The notes beneath the pieces are model-generated. The model was given only the letters and a program-made list of their open reading frames with translations, was not told the origin of the DNA and did no database searches. From an uncultured Haloferula sp. (GTDB lineage: Bacteria > Verrucomicrobiota > Verrucomicrobiia > Verrucomicrobiales > Akkermansiaceae): a DNA stretch of 64,000 bases. How positions within the stretch are numbered: the first letter of the stretch is position 1; each line of letters opens with the position of its first letter. A program made the position numbers and the translations under genes. Below, one piece after another: positions 18,461 through 27,609 of this stretch. The stretch lies in NCBI GenBank assembly GCA_965652295.1, contig CBFGTS010000006.1:208043-272042 (forward strand), given 5' to 3'.

Positions 18461-19381
18461 ATGAAGCTCCATCCCGTCGCCTTCCTGTCCTTCGCCCTCC
18501 CCCTCTTCGCCGGCTCGCCGCCGGATGCCGATCGCGAAGCCATCCTCGCCATGGCCGGCACGCACACCGTGAACTTCCACTTCGAGGAAAACACGCCGGT
18601 CGCCGAAGACTACGAACTCCAACCGAAGCCCTACGACGAGAACGCCACCGAGATCGTCACGGTCGTCGAGGACACGCCGACCCGGATCGCGCTCCAGCAC
18701 CTGCTCGTCGTCCAGGGAAAGGAGAACAAGCCGATGGTGATCAAACACTGGGCCCAGATCTGGACGTGGGAGGACACCCGCCTGCTCGACTACACCGGCG
18801 AGGACCAGATCCACGATTGGAACATCGTCCACATCACTCCCGAGCAAGCCGCCGGCACCTGGACCCAGCTCGTCACACAGGTCGATGACACGCCTCGCTA
18901 CGAGGGTTATGGTAAATGGATCCACGCCCGCGGCGAAAGCTCGTGGGAGAGCAGCCTCACCCGCCGGCCGCTGCCACGACGCGAGTACACCAAGCGCGAC
19001 GACTACGACTACCTGCTCGTCACCAACCGCCACACGCTCACCAACGAGGGCTGGGTCCATTTCCAAGACAACCGCAAGGTCGTGGATCGCGAGGACGAAC
19101 CCGTTCAGGTCCTTTGTTTCGAAACGGGCATCAACACCTACACCCGCACCGAGAGCCCGTTCACCGAGGTCGCGATGAACTGGTGGAAGGAACACGGCGA
19201 ATTCTGGGACGGTGTCCGCAATTTCTGGAGCGAGTCCCAGGACAAGGCTTCCGAGCTGTTTTCCTACACCACTTCGAAGAACGACAAGTCCCTCAGCAAG
19301 CTCCTCGACCAACTCCAGAAAGACAACGCGTCCGCCGAGACCGTCGCCGCCGAGCTCACCCCCTTCGTCATCGCGAAATAG
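18461..19381 (+). CDS. DUF6607-like secreted protein
   Basis: Signal peptide; DREAILAMAG, IALQHLLV, IKHWAQIW, WTQLVTQVDDTPRYEG, RPLPRREYTKRDDY, GWVHFQDNRK. Confidence 0.75.
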   Translation: MKLHPVAFLSFALPLFAGSPPDADREAILAMAGTHTVNFHFEENTPVAEDYELQPKPYDENATEIVTVVEDTPTRIALQHLLVVQGKENKPMVIKHWAQIWTWEDTRLLDYTGEDQIHDWNIVHITPEQAAGTWTQLVTQVDDTPRYEGYGKWIHARGESSWESSLTRRPLPRREYTKRDDYDYLLVTNRHTLTNEGWVHFQDNRKVVDREDEPVQVLCFETGINTYTRTESPFTEVAMNWWKEHGEFWDGVRNFWSESQDKASELFSYTTSKNDKSLSKLLDQLQKDNASAETVAAELTPFVIAK

Positions 19382-19400
19382 CACCAACTACCACACCCCC

Positions 19401-20048
19401 ATGAGATCCGCCCTCGCCACCGCCGCCGCATTCGGCCTCGTCCTCACTGCCCAAGCCACCACCGTCGGCATCCCCGCCGCCGATGGCTCCTACGCCCTGT
19501 GGGACACTTTCACCGACGCGAACCCCGGCTACCCTGCCTTGGAATTCAGCGCCGCCACTCCCACCGTCGCCTCCACCAGCGACTTCTCCGCGTTGCTTTC
19601 CGCGAGTATGGGCGGATCCGTGACCGGCTCGGGTGACCGGATCTACAACGGTGTTGGTGCCGGCTCCGGAGCGTTCCGCCTCAGCATTGACGGCACCGCC
19701 ACCAGCCCACTCACGGATCTGATCCTGGTGCTGAAGATGACTCCTCCGTCCAGCGGCACCATTCAGGACTTCTTCACCGTCACCCTCGATGGCCATGCCG
19801 CGACGGGCTCATACCTTGGAACCACCGGTGAGACGATCGGCGGCGGCGAGATGAGCATCATCACCTTCAGTTGGACCGGCCTTTCCATCGCGGCCTCGGA
19901 GAACTTCGTGCTTTCCCTCACCAGCCCGGCCGACGGCCACGTCTCGGTGGACTCCATCCAGCTTTCCCCAGCCATCGTCCCCGAGCCCTCGGTGGCTCTC
20001 CTCGGTGGCCTCGGCATGCTGGGCATGCTCCGCCGCCGCCGCTGCTGA
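19401..20048 (+). CDS. PEP-CTERM surface protein
   Basis: Signal peptide MRSALATAAAF; C-terminal IVPEPS + TM + RRRRC. Confidence 0.9.
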   Translation: MRSALATAAAFGLVLTAQATTVGIPAADGSYALWDTFTDANPGYPALEFSAATPTVASTSDFSALLSASMGGSVTGSGDRIYNGVGAGSGAFRLSIDGTATSPLTDLILVLKMTPPSSGTIQDFFTVTLDGHAATGSYLGTTGETIGGGEMSIITFSWTGLSIAASENFVLSLTSPADGHVSVDSIQLSPAIVPEPSVALLGGLGMLGMLRRRRC

Positions 20049-20174
20049 CCGGCCTCACCTGTCCGTCGCCCCATCACCGCCGCGGACTCCCCCCGGCCGG
20101 TGGTGTCGCCTCAGCCCCACGACTCTTTCGCCATCACCCGCCGCATGCGCCGACTCTCCCGCCTTCAGCTTTCT

Positions 20175-22442
20175 GTGAACGTACCGCGCATCGCGTTCAC
20201 TTTGCTGGTGCTGGCGCTTCCCACCGTGGCGGAGGATCACTCCTCCGCCACGGTGTCGGAAGGCCTCGGCCAGCTCGACGAACTGGTCGTCACCGTCGCT
20301 TCGCGGAACGAAACCGCGTGGATCGATTCACCGGGCTCGGTGCTCCAGGCCAGCGCCGAGGACTTGGTCCGTCAAGGCACCTACGATCTCGCCGGCTTCG
20401 CCCAATACGATCCCACCGTCAGCCTGCCGTTCGATTTCACCAGTGGCGACGGCGCGTTCGCCTACGGCCAGAGCGGCTACGGCTCGATCAATATCCGCGG
20501 TATCGAAGGCAACCGCATCGCCGTCGAACTCGATGGCATCCGCCAGCCGCCGCAATACGTCTCCACCTCCTTCGACATGGGTGCCAGCGATGGTGCCGGC
20601 GGCATCGGCCGCGATTACTTCGATCCCGCTATGTTCGAAATGGTCGAAGTTCTCAAAGGCGGTGCCAGCGCCCTCTATGGCAGCGACGCGCTCGGCGGCG
20701 TGGTCGCCTTCCGCACGCCGGCTCCCGATTCCTTTCTGAAAGGGAACAACGCCGGTGGTCTCCTACGGACGCAGTACTTCTCTGCCAATGATAGCCTCGC
20801 CACGCAAGCCGGCGGAGCTTTGCGACAAGACGACACCGCCGTGATGCTGCTCTACGGCGGACGCTGGGGCGGGGAAACGGAGAACAACGGAAACCTGCCG
20901 CCCAATCCCGCCGACTTCCGCTCTTTTGCCACGCTCTTCAAGGCCGAGCACCGCATCAACGACCACCTCTTCCGGCTCGCCGTCGAGTTGTTCGAGCGCG
21001 AGACCTCCACCGACGCCCGCAGCGCCGTGACCTCCGCCTTCCCGGTCTTCACCGGCCACGTCTTCAACAAACAATACCTCGACCGCCAGCGTGTCAGCCT
21101 CTGCTGGGACCACGAATCCGGCCTCGACGCCCACCTCTACTGGCAGCACGCCGGTTCGCGCAGCGTCAACGACTCGGCCTCATTGCCGCTCGTCATCGGC
21201 GGCAATCCCATTCCCGGCACCGAACGCACCCGCGAGCAACGCATCACCTTCGATACCGACATCGTCGGCCTCTCCACCACAACCCGCCGCGAGTTCACCG
21301 GACCATGGCAGCACGGGCACCAACTCACCGCCGGGTTCGAGACCTCGCTTGAGTCCTCGGAGAACACCTTCGTCCGCTCCGACTCCGGTGCGCCGCTCGA
21401 TCAGAACCGCACCGGCTTCGCCCCCACCGACACCTTTCGCGCCGGGGTTTTCGTGCAGGATGAAATCGACCTCGGCAGCGGCTGGTCGCTCACCCCCGGG
21501 CTGCGCTTCGACTGGCAGTCGATCGATCCGAATCCGAACGCCGCCTACCTCGAACGTCTCGCCGCGCTCGGTCGTTTCAGCCAGGATCCGCCCGCCGGTT
21601 TCCAGAATCTCGCGGTATCCCCACGACTCGCCATTTCATGGAAACCGGCGGAGCCAGTCCTCGCCTACTTCACCTACGCCCACGGCGTGCGGAATCCCAC
21701 CGCCGAAGAGCTTTCGATGGTCTTCGACCACCCCCCGTCCGGCGGCAGCCCGACTGGCAGCATCACCGTGCCGAACCCGGATCTGGAGGAGGAAACCAGC
21801 GACTCCTTCGAACTGGGTGTGAAATCCGAAGGCGCGCCCGGCCGCATTCAAGCCGCCGCCTTTTACACGCACTATCAGAGTTTCATCGAGAACGGCGTTC
21901 CCACCGGCACCGCGCCCGATGGCCGCGACATCCTCACCACGCTCAACCGCGGCGAGGCCGAAATCTACGGTGTCGAACTCTCCGGCATCCTGGAAGCGGG
22001 ATACCTTCACCCCGCCGCCGATGGCTGGCAGCTCGGGCTTTCCACGGCCTGGACGCGCGGCACCAACCTGACCGACGACCAGCCGCTCAACTCCATCGAG
22101 CCCATGCAGGCCATCGGTTTCCTCGGCTACGATGATCCTGGTGGAAAATTCGGCGCACGCCTCACCGGCACCTGGACGGCGGCGGTCGATCGCATCGATG
22201 ACACCACCAACCAAGGCACCTACTTCCGCCCGCCTTCCTGGTTCACCCTCGATCTCGGCGCGTGGTGGCAGCCCACCGAGGACCTCCACGTCCACCTCGG
22301 CCTGAACAACCTGTTCGACGAAAAATACTGGACCTGGGGCAGCGTCCGCCGCGGCAACGGCCACCTCGGCGGCAGTGCCATCGACGATCGCACCACCGCC
22401 CCCGGTCGCAATTTCAGCCTCTCCGTCACCAAGACCTTCTAA
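20175..22442 (+). CDS. TonB-dependent haem/haemoglobin receptor
   Basis: TonB box DELVVT; plug INIRGIEGNRI and VEVLKGGASALYGSDALGGVV; FRAP/NPNL-like pair GVRNP...H...NPDL; terminal APGRNFSLSVTKTF. Start uncertain. Confidence 0.88.
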   Translation: MNVPRIAFTLLVLALPTVAEDHSSATVSEGLGQLDELVVTVASRNETAWIDSPGSVLQASAEDLVRQGTYDLAGFAQYDPTVSLPFDFTSGDGAFAYGQSGYGSINIRGIEGNRIAVELDGIRQPPQYVSTSFDMGASDGAGGIGRDYFDPAMFEMVEVLKGGASALYGSDALGGVVAFRTPAPDSFLKGNNAGGLLRTQYFSANDSLATQAGGALRQDDTAVMLLYGGRWGGETENNGNLPPNPADFRSFATLFKAEHRINDHLFRLAVELFERETSTDARSAVTSAFPVFTGHVFNKQYLDRQRVSLCWDHESGLDAHLYWQHAGSRSVNDSASLPLVIGGNPIPGTERTREQRITFDTDIVGLSTTTRREFTGPWQHGHQLTAGFETSLESSENTFVRSDSGAPLDQNRTGFAPTDTFRAGVFVQDEIDLGSGWSLTPGLRFDWQSIDPNPNAAYLERLAALGRFSQDPPAGFQNLAVSPRLAISWKPAEPVLAYFTYAHGVRNPTAEELSMVFDHPPSGGSPTGSITVPNPDLEEETSDSFELGVKSEGAPGRIQAAAFYTHYQSFIENGVPTGTAPDGRDILTTLNRGEAEIYGVELSGILEAGYLHPAADGWQLGLSTAWTRGTNLTDDQPLNSIEPMQAIGFLGYDDPGGKFGARLTGTWTAAVDRIDDTTNQGTYFRPPSWFTLDLGAWWQPTEDLHVHLGLNNLFDEKYWTWGSVRRGNGHLGGSAIDDRTTAPGRNFSLSVTKTF

Positions 22443-22444
22443 CC

Positions 22445-23227
22445 ATGAAAGTCCCCGCGCTCCTCCTTCTCCTCGCCGCCGCCTCGCTCCACGCCCAGAC
22501 ACTCACCCCGCTCCAGGACAGCGACGTTTACGCCTACCTCGACCGGCCCACCAGCTCGGTGGCGACCCTCGGCGTCAGCGCCAGCGGCACCGGAGCCCCC
22601 CACTCTCAGCGTTCGTTGATCCAGTTCGATCTCACCGGCGTCACCCTCCCCGCCAACCAGCTCGGCACCGCCACCCTCCGTCTTTACGTCGTCCAGCCCG
22701 ATCCGAACTACGGGAACCTTGGTACGGGAGATGTCGGGGTTTTCCGCCAGGGTAGCGCGTGGTCGGTGGGCACGCTGCGCTGGAGCCACCTCCAGCCCGC
22801 GGAGGCGCATGGCACCTTTGCCATCACCGCCACCTCCGGCGACACCTGGGTGGAGATCGATGTCACAAGTCTCGTCCGCGACTGGCTCGCCGACAGCTCA
22901 CCCAACCACGGTTTCCTCCTCCAAGCCGCCACCGAGGATCCCGCCACTCTCAACGTCACCTTCGCCTCGATGGAGGTCCCCGGTTTCCGGCCGCAGCTCG
23001 TCCTCACCAAAGTGGAAGCCACCCCCACCCTCACTATCGAGCGTGCCGGGGAAAACATCGTCCTCCGTTGGCCGTCCGCCACCACATGGGTCCTCCAGCA
23101 AAGCCCCACCCTCGCCCCCGGAAGCTGGTCCGCCGTGACCGCAGCGTCGGCCAGCGATGGCGATGACTCCGTCCTCCACCTCACTCCTTCCGCCACCTCC
23201 GCCTTCTACCGCCTGACGCGGCCCTGA
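22445..23227 (+). CDS. DNRLRE-domain secreted protein with C-terminal putative sorting domain
   Basis: QDSDVY, RSLIQFDL, ATLRLY, WVEIDVTSLVRDW, NHGFLL, FASME, PQLVL; tail WVLQQSPTL..W...AFYRL. Confidence 0.75.
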   Translation: MKVPALLLLLAAASLHAQTLTPLQDSDVYAYLDRPTSSVATLGVSASGTGAPHSQRSLIQFDLTGVTLPANQLGTATLRLYVVQPDPNYGNLGTGDVGVFRQGSAWSVGTLRWSHLQPAEAHGTFAITATSGDTWVEIDVTSLVRDWLADSSPNHGFLLQAATEDPATLNVTFASMEVPGFRPQLVLTKVEATPTLTIERAGENIVLRWPSATTWVLQQSPTLAPGSWSAVTAASASDGDDSVLHLTPSATSAFYRLTRP

Positions 23228-23239
23228 GCCCCTCTCCGA

Positions 23240-24970
23240 TCAGTTGGGGCCGGGATATTCGACGCGGGGATCGCTGAGGGTCTTGAGAAAGGCGACGAGG
23301 TCCGCGCGCGCTTCCGGAGACAGGTCGAGCCCGCCTGCGGGGTGTTTGGCGAGGTTGGGATCGAGGGTTTTACCGCGCCGCACGCCGGAGCTGTAGTGAT
23401 CGACGACCTCCTCCAAGGTGGCGAAACGTCCATCGTGCATGTAGGGCGCGGTGAGGGCGACGTTGCGCAGGCTCGGGGTGGCGAACTTGAAAGCATCGCC
23501 GGGATCGCGGGTGACTGCGGCACGTCCGCGATCCCGACTTTTGGGGGGAAGGCCGTTGTTGTGGAACTGGTGATCGGTGAAAAGCGCGCCGCCGTGGCAG
23601 TGGAAGCAGTCGGCACCGAAGCGGCCGGCGCGCGGCTCGTACTCGGTGAAGAAGAGCTGGAAGCCACGCTGCTCGGAGGCGCTGAGTTCGGCCTTGCCCG
23701 CCATGGCGCGATCGAACTTCGAATCGAAGGAGGTCAGGGTGAGTAGGAAATTCTCGAGAGCCATGGCGATCTTTTCCTCGTTGGCCTCGAGCGAACCGAA
23801 AGCCGCCGTGAGTTCGTCGGCGTAGGCAGCCTCGACTTTCTCAACGACGCGGGGCGGCGATTCGCCCATCTCCCGCGGGTGGCGCAGCGGCTCGAGAACC
23901 TGATCGCGCAGCGAAGGCGAACGGCCGTCCCAGAAGAACTCGCGCTTCCAGGCGAGGTTGAAGAGCGGCATCGAGTGACGGCGGCCGGCCCGGCCGTGGA
24001 TTCCGAGGCTGAAGCGGCGGTCATCGGAGAACCCGAGCGCGGGATCATGGCAGCTTGCGCAGGAGATCTCCCCGGTCCGTGAGAGCGATGCGTCGTGAAA
24101 GAGCTTTTTCCCGAGGACGACGCGGCTTTTGAGCAAGGGATTGTCGAGCGGCAACGACGGGCGGGGAAAGGTCGAAGCGATCCGCAGAGGAAGAGGCTTG
24201 GGATCGGGAGGGAGGTACTTCGGTGTGATCCTCGGTGAGGTGACCGCGGGCGTCGGAGCAGGTGCGGGGCGCAGGGAAAAGGCGGCGGCGAGGTTCGCGC
24301 GGAGCTTGCCAGCCAAAACATCGCCCTTGCCGGAATGCGTGGAATGCCCGTCCTCTTGAAAAGACAGGGTCAACAAGCGGGACAGATCGAAGTCGAGATG
24401 AAGTGCCGCGGCCGAGGGAAGAGAGAGCGACAACTCGACCGGGGTGAGGTTCCAGTTGTTGGCAAGGTGGAACACGTAGCCGCCGAGTTCGTGATCGGGT
24501 TTTCTGTAGCGACCTTCGAGGGCGAGGAAGATATAACCCTGCTGCCAGTTCCAGTGCAGGCGGTTGAAATTCGGATTGAGCGGATGCCCGCCGGGATAGC
24601 TTGCCGGATCGGCGTGGTTGACGTTTTCCGGAAGACCGACGTGGAAGCGCAGGCCGGTAACGGGCTCGCTCGTGCCAGTCGGCAGCTCGAAGCGGGTGCG
24701 GCGTTTCGAAAGATCGATGAAGGCGACGGCTTCCGGAACGGCGTGCCAGACACCGGAGACGTCGCGGGTCTCGAAGCCGGAAAGCAAGTAGCTCAGGCGG
24801 GTGACGGAGAGCGCATCACCGGTCGGATTTTCATAGCGCAGCGACGAGAGCCGGAGCGGCTGATCGCCGAAATGGTGGCCGACCTCAACGGTGAGGGCGA
24901 TCAGCGGCTGGGCGAGCAGGACGAGGCCCGCAGTGGCGAGGGCGACAAGCGAACGCCTTGGGGAATTCAT
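23240..24970 (-). CDS. MbnP-family domain fused to MbnH/MauG-family dihaem cytochrome c peroxidase
   Basis: N-half has LHWNWQQGYIFLALEG (MbnP WxW motif) and YVFHL. C-half has CASCH, FFWDGR, CFHCH, TPSLRNVALTAPYMHDG and VVDHY. Confidence 0.85.
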   Translation of the reverse strand: MNSPRRSLVALATAGLVLLAQPLIALTVEVGHHFGDQPLRLSSLRYENPTGDALSVTRLSYLLSGFETRDVSGVWHAVPEAVAFIDLSKRRTRFELPTGTSEPVTGLRFHVGLPENVNHADPASYPGGHPLNPNFNRLHWNWQQGYIFLALEGRYRKPDHELGGYVFHLANNWNLTPVELSLSLPSAAALHLDFDLSRLLTLSFQEDGHSTHSGKGDVLAGKLRANLAAAFSLRPAPAPTPAVTSPRITPKYLPPDPKPLPLRIASTFPRPSLPLDNPLLKSRVVLGKKLFHDASLSRTGEISCASCHDPALGFSDDRRFSLGIHGRAGRRHSMPLFNLAWKREFFWDGRSPSLRDQVLEPLRHPREMGESPPRVVEKVEAAYADELTAAFGSLEANEEKIAMALENFLLTLTSFDSKFDRAMAGKAELSASEQRGFQLFFTEYEPRAGRFGADCFHCHGGALFTDHQFHNNGLPPKSRDRGRAAVTRDPGDAFKFATPSLRNVALTAPYMHDGRFATLEEVVDHYSSGVRRGKTLDPNLAKHPAGGLDLSPEARADLVAFLKTLSDPRVEYPGPN

Positions 24971-24996
24971 GCCGGCTGAAGCCGGCGTTCCAGTCC
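24971..24996. repeat. REP-like palindrome GCCGGCTGAAGCCGGC
   Basis: Short GC hairpin in the 35-bp gap between the YHYH and MbnPH genes; single copy in the window. Confidence 0.35.
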
Positions 24997-25005
24997 ACGG
25001 GTGTT

Positions 25006-26817
25006 TCATGGCGCATAGGTGTTCTGCGATTGCAGGGTCATCGTGGTGCCGCCGGGCGGCGTGAAACTGAGATAGGCCGAGTAGGCTTGACCCGAAGTGA
25101 GGGAAGCGTCGTCGAAACTCAGGCCGACTTCACCACTGGTTTGATTGTAGCTGGTGATGGTCGCGGCGGGACCGGCAGGACCGATGGTCGCGCTTTCGAT
25201 GGCGTCCTGGGGTGGCAGCGGCGGATTGGTGGCGAACTGTGCGGTGAAGCTCGCCGTGCCGCCTCCGGTGCCTCCACCGTCATTACTACCATTGTCGTAG
25301 GTGGCGAGAGCGGTGCGGGTGATGCGGTAGAACTTGGTGGTCTCATCGGTCTCCGGCGTGTCACTGTGAGACAACTGGTCATCCGTCGCCACCTGATCGG
25401 TGGCGACATCGGTCCATTCATCGAGGTCAGCGGACGTTTGAACCGTGTAGCTGCCACCCTCGACCGCGCTCCACGTGACCACGATACCAACATCGTCGTT
25501 GATGGACTCCGCGCTCTCCACGCTGTCCGGGCCGCCGAGGAAGATCGTCGTGAGATTCTCCGGGAAGTCGTTGAGCGTCTCACTCAACGTCGGATCGCCA
25601 TGGTACTGCGCGGCGACGTTGTAGGGGAAGACCGGCTGACCGGTCGCATCCACATTCGTGAAGTAGGCCCAGGTGCCTTCGGGGAATTCGGGCGTCACGC
25701 AGAAGCGCGCGTTCTGTTCGTTGAGATCGTAATGAACGTCCTCGTCGAGTTCGCCGCTTTGATAGACGGAAAATCCGACAAGGTCTCCTTTGAACGCATA
25801 GTCCTCCATGTAGTACGGCAGCGGTGCGCTGGCTGAAACGTCGGGTCCCCACTGGTTGATCGTGACGTCGTATTGGTCCTGCGCCACGAAGGTCCCGACT
25901 CCCAATCGCCGCGCGGCCCACGCCGGCAGGGCATGGCGACCGTTGGTGTTGATGTCGTAGGTGCCATTCGAACCGTCGCGGACGATGAAGCCGCTGATCA
26001 TCCGGCGGACGCCGCTTTCCGCATCCATCGGCGAGCTGTAGCCATAGGGTCCGTAGAGCGGCAGGCCGTCGGCAAGCCAGCCGAGGATCGGCGAATGGGT
26101 GCCGTTGAAACTTTCCTGATAAGTGACCTCGCCGCTTGGCTGCTCGACCGCGTCGATCGAATCGCCGAGCAGATGTCGGATCTTCACCGGCGAGGCGTGG
26201 TAATGGAGCTGGTTGCCGGCGGCGTGGGCGTTGGATTTATCGAAAGTGTTGCCTTCGGTGATGTAGGCATCGTGGTTCCAGATACCATCGCCGCGGCCGA
26301 AGCCACCCGCGCCAGGACCGGTCTGGGTGCCGCTACCGGTGCCATTCTCGTTGTTGTCGTAGGAAAAGGTGTCGCTGGAGGAAAAGATGACCGTGCCATC
26401 GACCATCAGGCCGATCGTTGCCGCCGGAATGTCCGTCTTGGTCGTTGGAATGACCGGTTCGGCCGGCACCTTGAAGATGGTCTGGATGGCTTCCGGCCAG
26501 TTCCGGAACGCCTCCTCGCTGCCCCCTGGGCCGGTGTCGTTGTACCATGGGCCCATGACATGCCCCGCGGCGAGTCCGGTGGTGCGGACATAAACATTCG
26601 AGTCATTGTAGCGTATCTCCTGAACACCGCCGTAGGCCGGAATCGTCTGGGCGTAGGTACCGTTGTCCCAGGTGGTGACCGCATTCTGCGCCTCCTCGGC
26701 TTCGTAGGTCTCGAAAATGCGGGCGTAGCGGGCGGAGTCGTCGGTGTGCCAGGAATCAAGCAACGGCCCGGCGGCGAGAGGTGCGGCGAGGAACAGAAAG
26801 GAGACAAGACATTTCAT
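25006..26817 (-). CDS. YHYH-domain secreted protein
   Basis: Signal peptide; IGLMVDG, NAH...LHYH, HSPILGWLADGLPLYGPYG, DLNEQNARFCVTPEFPEGTWAYF; internal YTVQTSADL..W...FYRI domain. Confidence 0.85.
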   Translation of the reverse strand: MKCLVSFLFLAAPLAAGPLLDSWHTDDSARYARIFETYEAEEAQNAVTTWDNGTYAQTIPAYGGVQEIRYNDSNVYVRTTGLAAGHVMGPWYNDTGPGGSEEAFRNWPEAIQTIFKVPAEPVIPTTKTDIPAATIGLMVDGTVIFSSSDTFSYDNNENGTGSGTQTGPGAGGFGRGDGIWNHDAYITEGNTFDKSNAHAAGNQLHYHASPVKIRHLLGDSIDAVEQPSGEVTYQESFNGTHSPILGWLADGLPLYGPYGYSSPMDAESGVRRMISGFIVRDGSNGTYDINTNGRHALPAWAARRLGVGTFVAQDQYDVTINQWGPDVSASAPLPYYMEDYAFKGDLVGFSVYQSGELDEDVHYDLNEQNARFCVTPEFPEGTWAYFTNVDATGQPVFPYNVAAQYHGDPTLSETLNDFPENLTTIFLGGPDSVESAESINDDVGIVVTWSAVEGGSYTVQTSADLDEWTDVATDQVATDDQLSHSDTPETDETTKFYRITRTALATYDNGSNDGGGTGGGTASFTAQFATNPPLPPQDAIESATIGPAGPAATITSYNQTSGEVGLSFDDASLTSGQAYSAYLSFTPPGGTTMTLQSQNTYAP

Positions 26818-26845
26818 GGTGATTAGGGGAAGTATGGGAAGGCTT

Positions 26846-26864
26846 CCTGAACAGAAGATGAATC
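26846..26864 (-). promoter_or_regulatory. 11-bp-period direct repeat (coding strand GATTCATCTTCTGTTCAGG), candidate OmpR-family site
   Basis: 18/19 identical to 33708-33726; related to 32255-32273. Confidence 0.6.
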
Positions 26865-26889
26865 CGCCAAATAAATCCTCCGGCACCGC

Positions 26890-27609
26890 TCACTTCGAGG
26901 CCGCTGAGATGGTTTGTTTCCTTGGGGACGGGAAACTCAGGACCAGAGTGAGCGGGAGGCCTTTGGCGGGGAAGGTTTGCGGGAGCTGGGCGCGGTAGAT
27001 GTCGTCGCGCAGGTCTTCAGCGAGGAGTTGGTGGGTGGCGAGAGCGGAGGGGTCATTGATGAGGGAGAGAAGACTGAGTTCGCTGGCGGCGGCGAGTTTG
27101 CCATCGACGAGGGTCAGGGCTTGATAGGTCCAGGTGACGGGCTTGCTGTCGGTGGCGGTGATGTGGATCAGCTCGGTGAGATTGATCGATTGGGGTGGGC
27201 CGTTGACGTCCCAACTGACTTGGGCATGCAGCGGGGTGCCGGGTTTGACCGAGAGCAGGAGGGCGGCGATGTGGAGGTGGGTGGGGTGGACGTCGGTGAT
27301 CAGCAGCGACTCGTGGGCTTTGCCGGCGGAATGAACGAGGGCGTATTCGAGTGGGCTTTGGGTCTCGGCGAGGGCGACGGGAAAGCTGAGTTGGCGTTTG
27401 GTGGCGTCGATTTCGATCTGGCCGAGGCGGAATTTGCCATGGCCGAGGGGTTCGACTTTGAGGCCCTCGGCTGCGGGAGCCGGAGGGTCGCTGTGAGCGG
27501 GCTGGTATTTGCCGGAGGGGTCTAGCTGGGTTGGATCCATGCGCGGGTCCTGGGCCATGGCCGGGCCGGTCAGAACGCCGGCAACGAAACATGTGAGAAG
27601 GTGCTTCAT
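26890..27609 (-). CDS. YdjY-like secreted protein
   Basis: Signal peptide; LEYALVHSAGKAHESLL...PTHLHIAALLL; ATGA overlap with the upstream gene. Confidence 0.6.
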   Translation of the reverse strand: MKHLLTCFVAGVLTGPAMAQDPRMDPTQLDPSGKYQPAHSDPPAPAAEGLKVEPLGHGKFRLGQIEIDATKRQLSFPVALAETQSPLEYALVHSAGKAHESLLITDVHPTHLHIAALLLSVKPGTPLHAQVSWDVNGPPQSINLTELIHITATDSKPVTWTYQALTLVDGKLAAASELSLLSLINDPSALATHQLLAEDLRDDIYRAQLPQTFPAKGLPLTLVLSFPSPRKQTISAASK

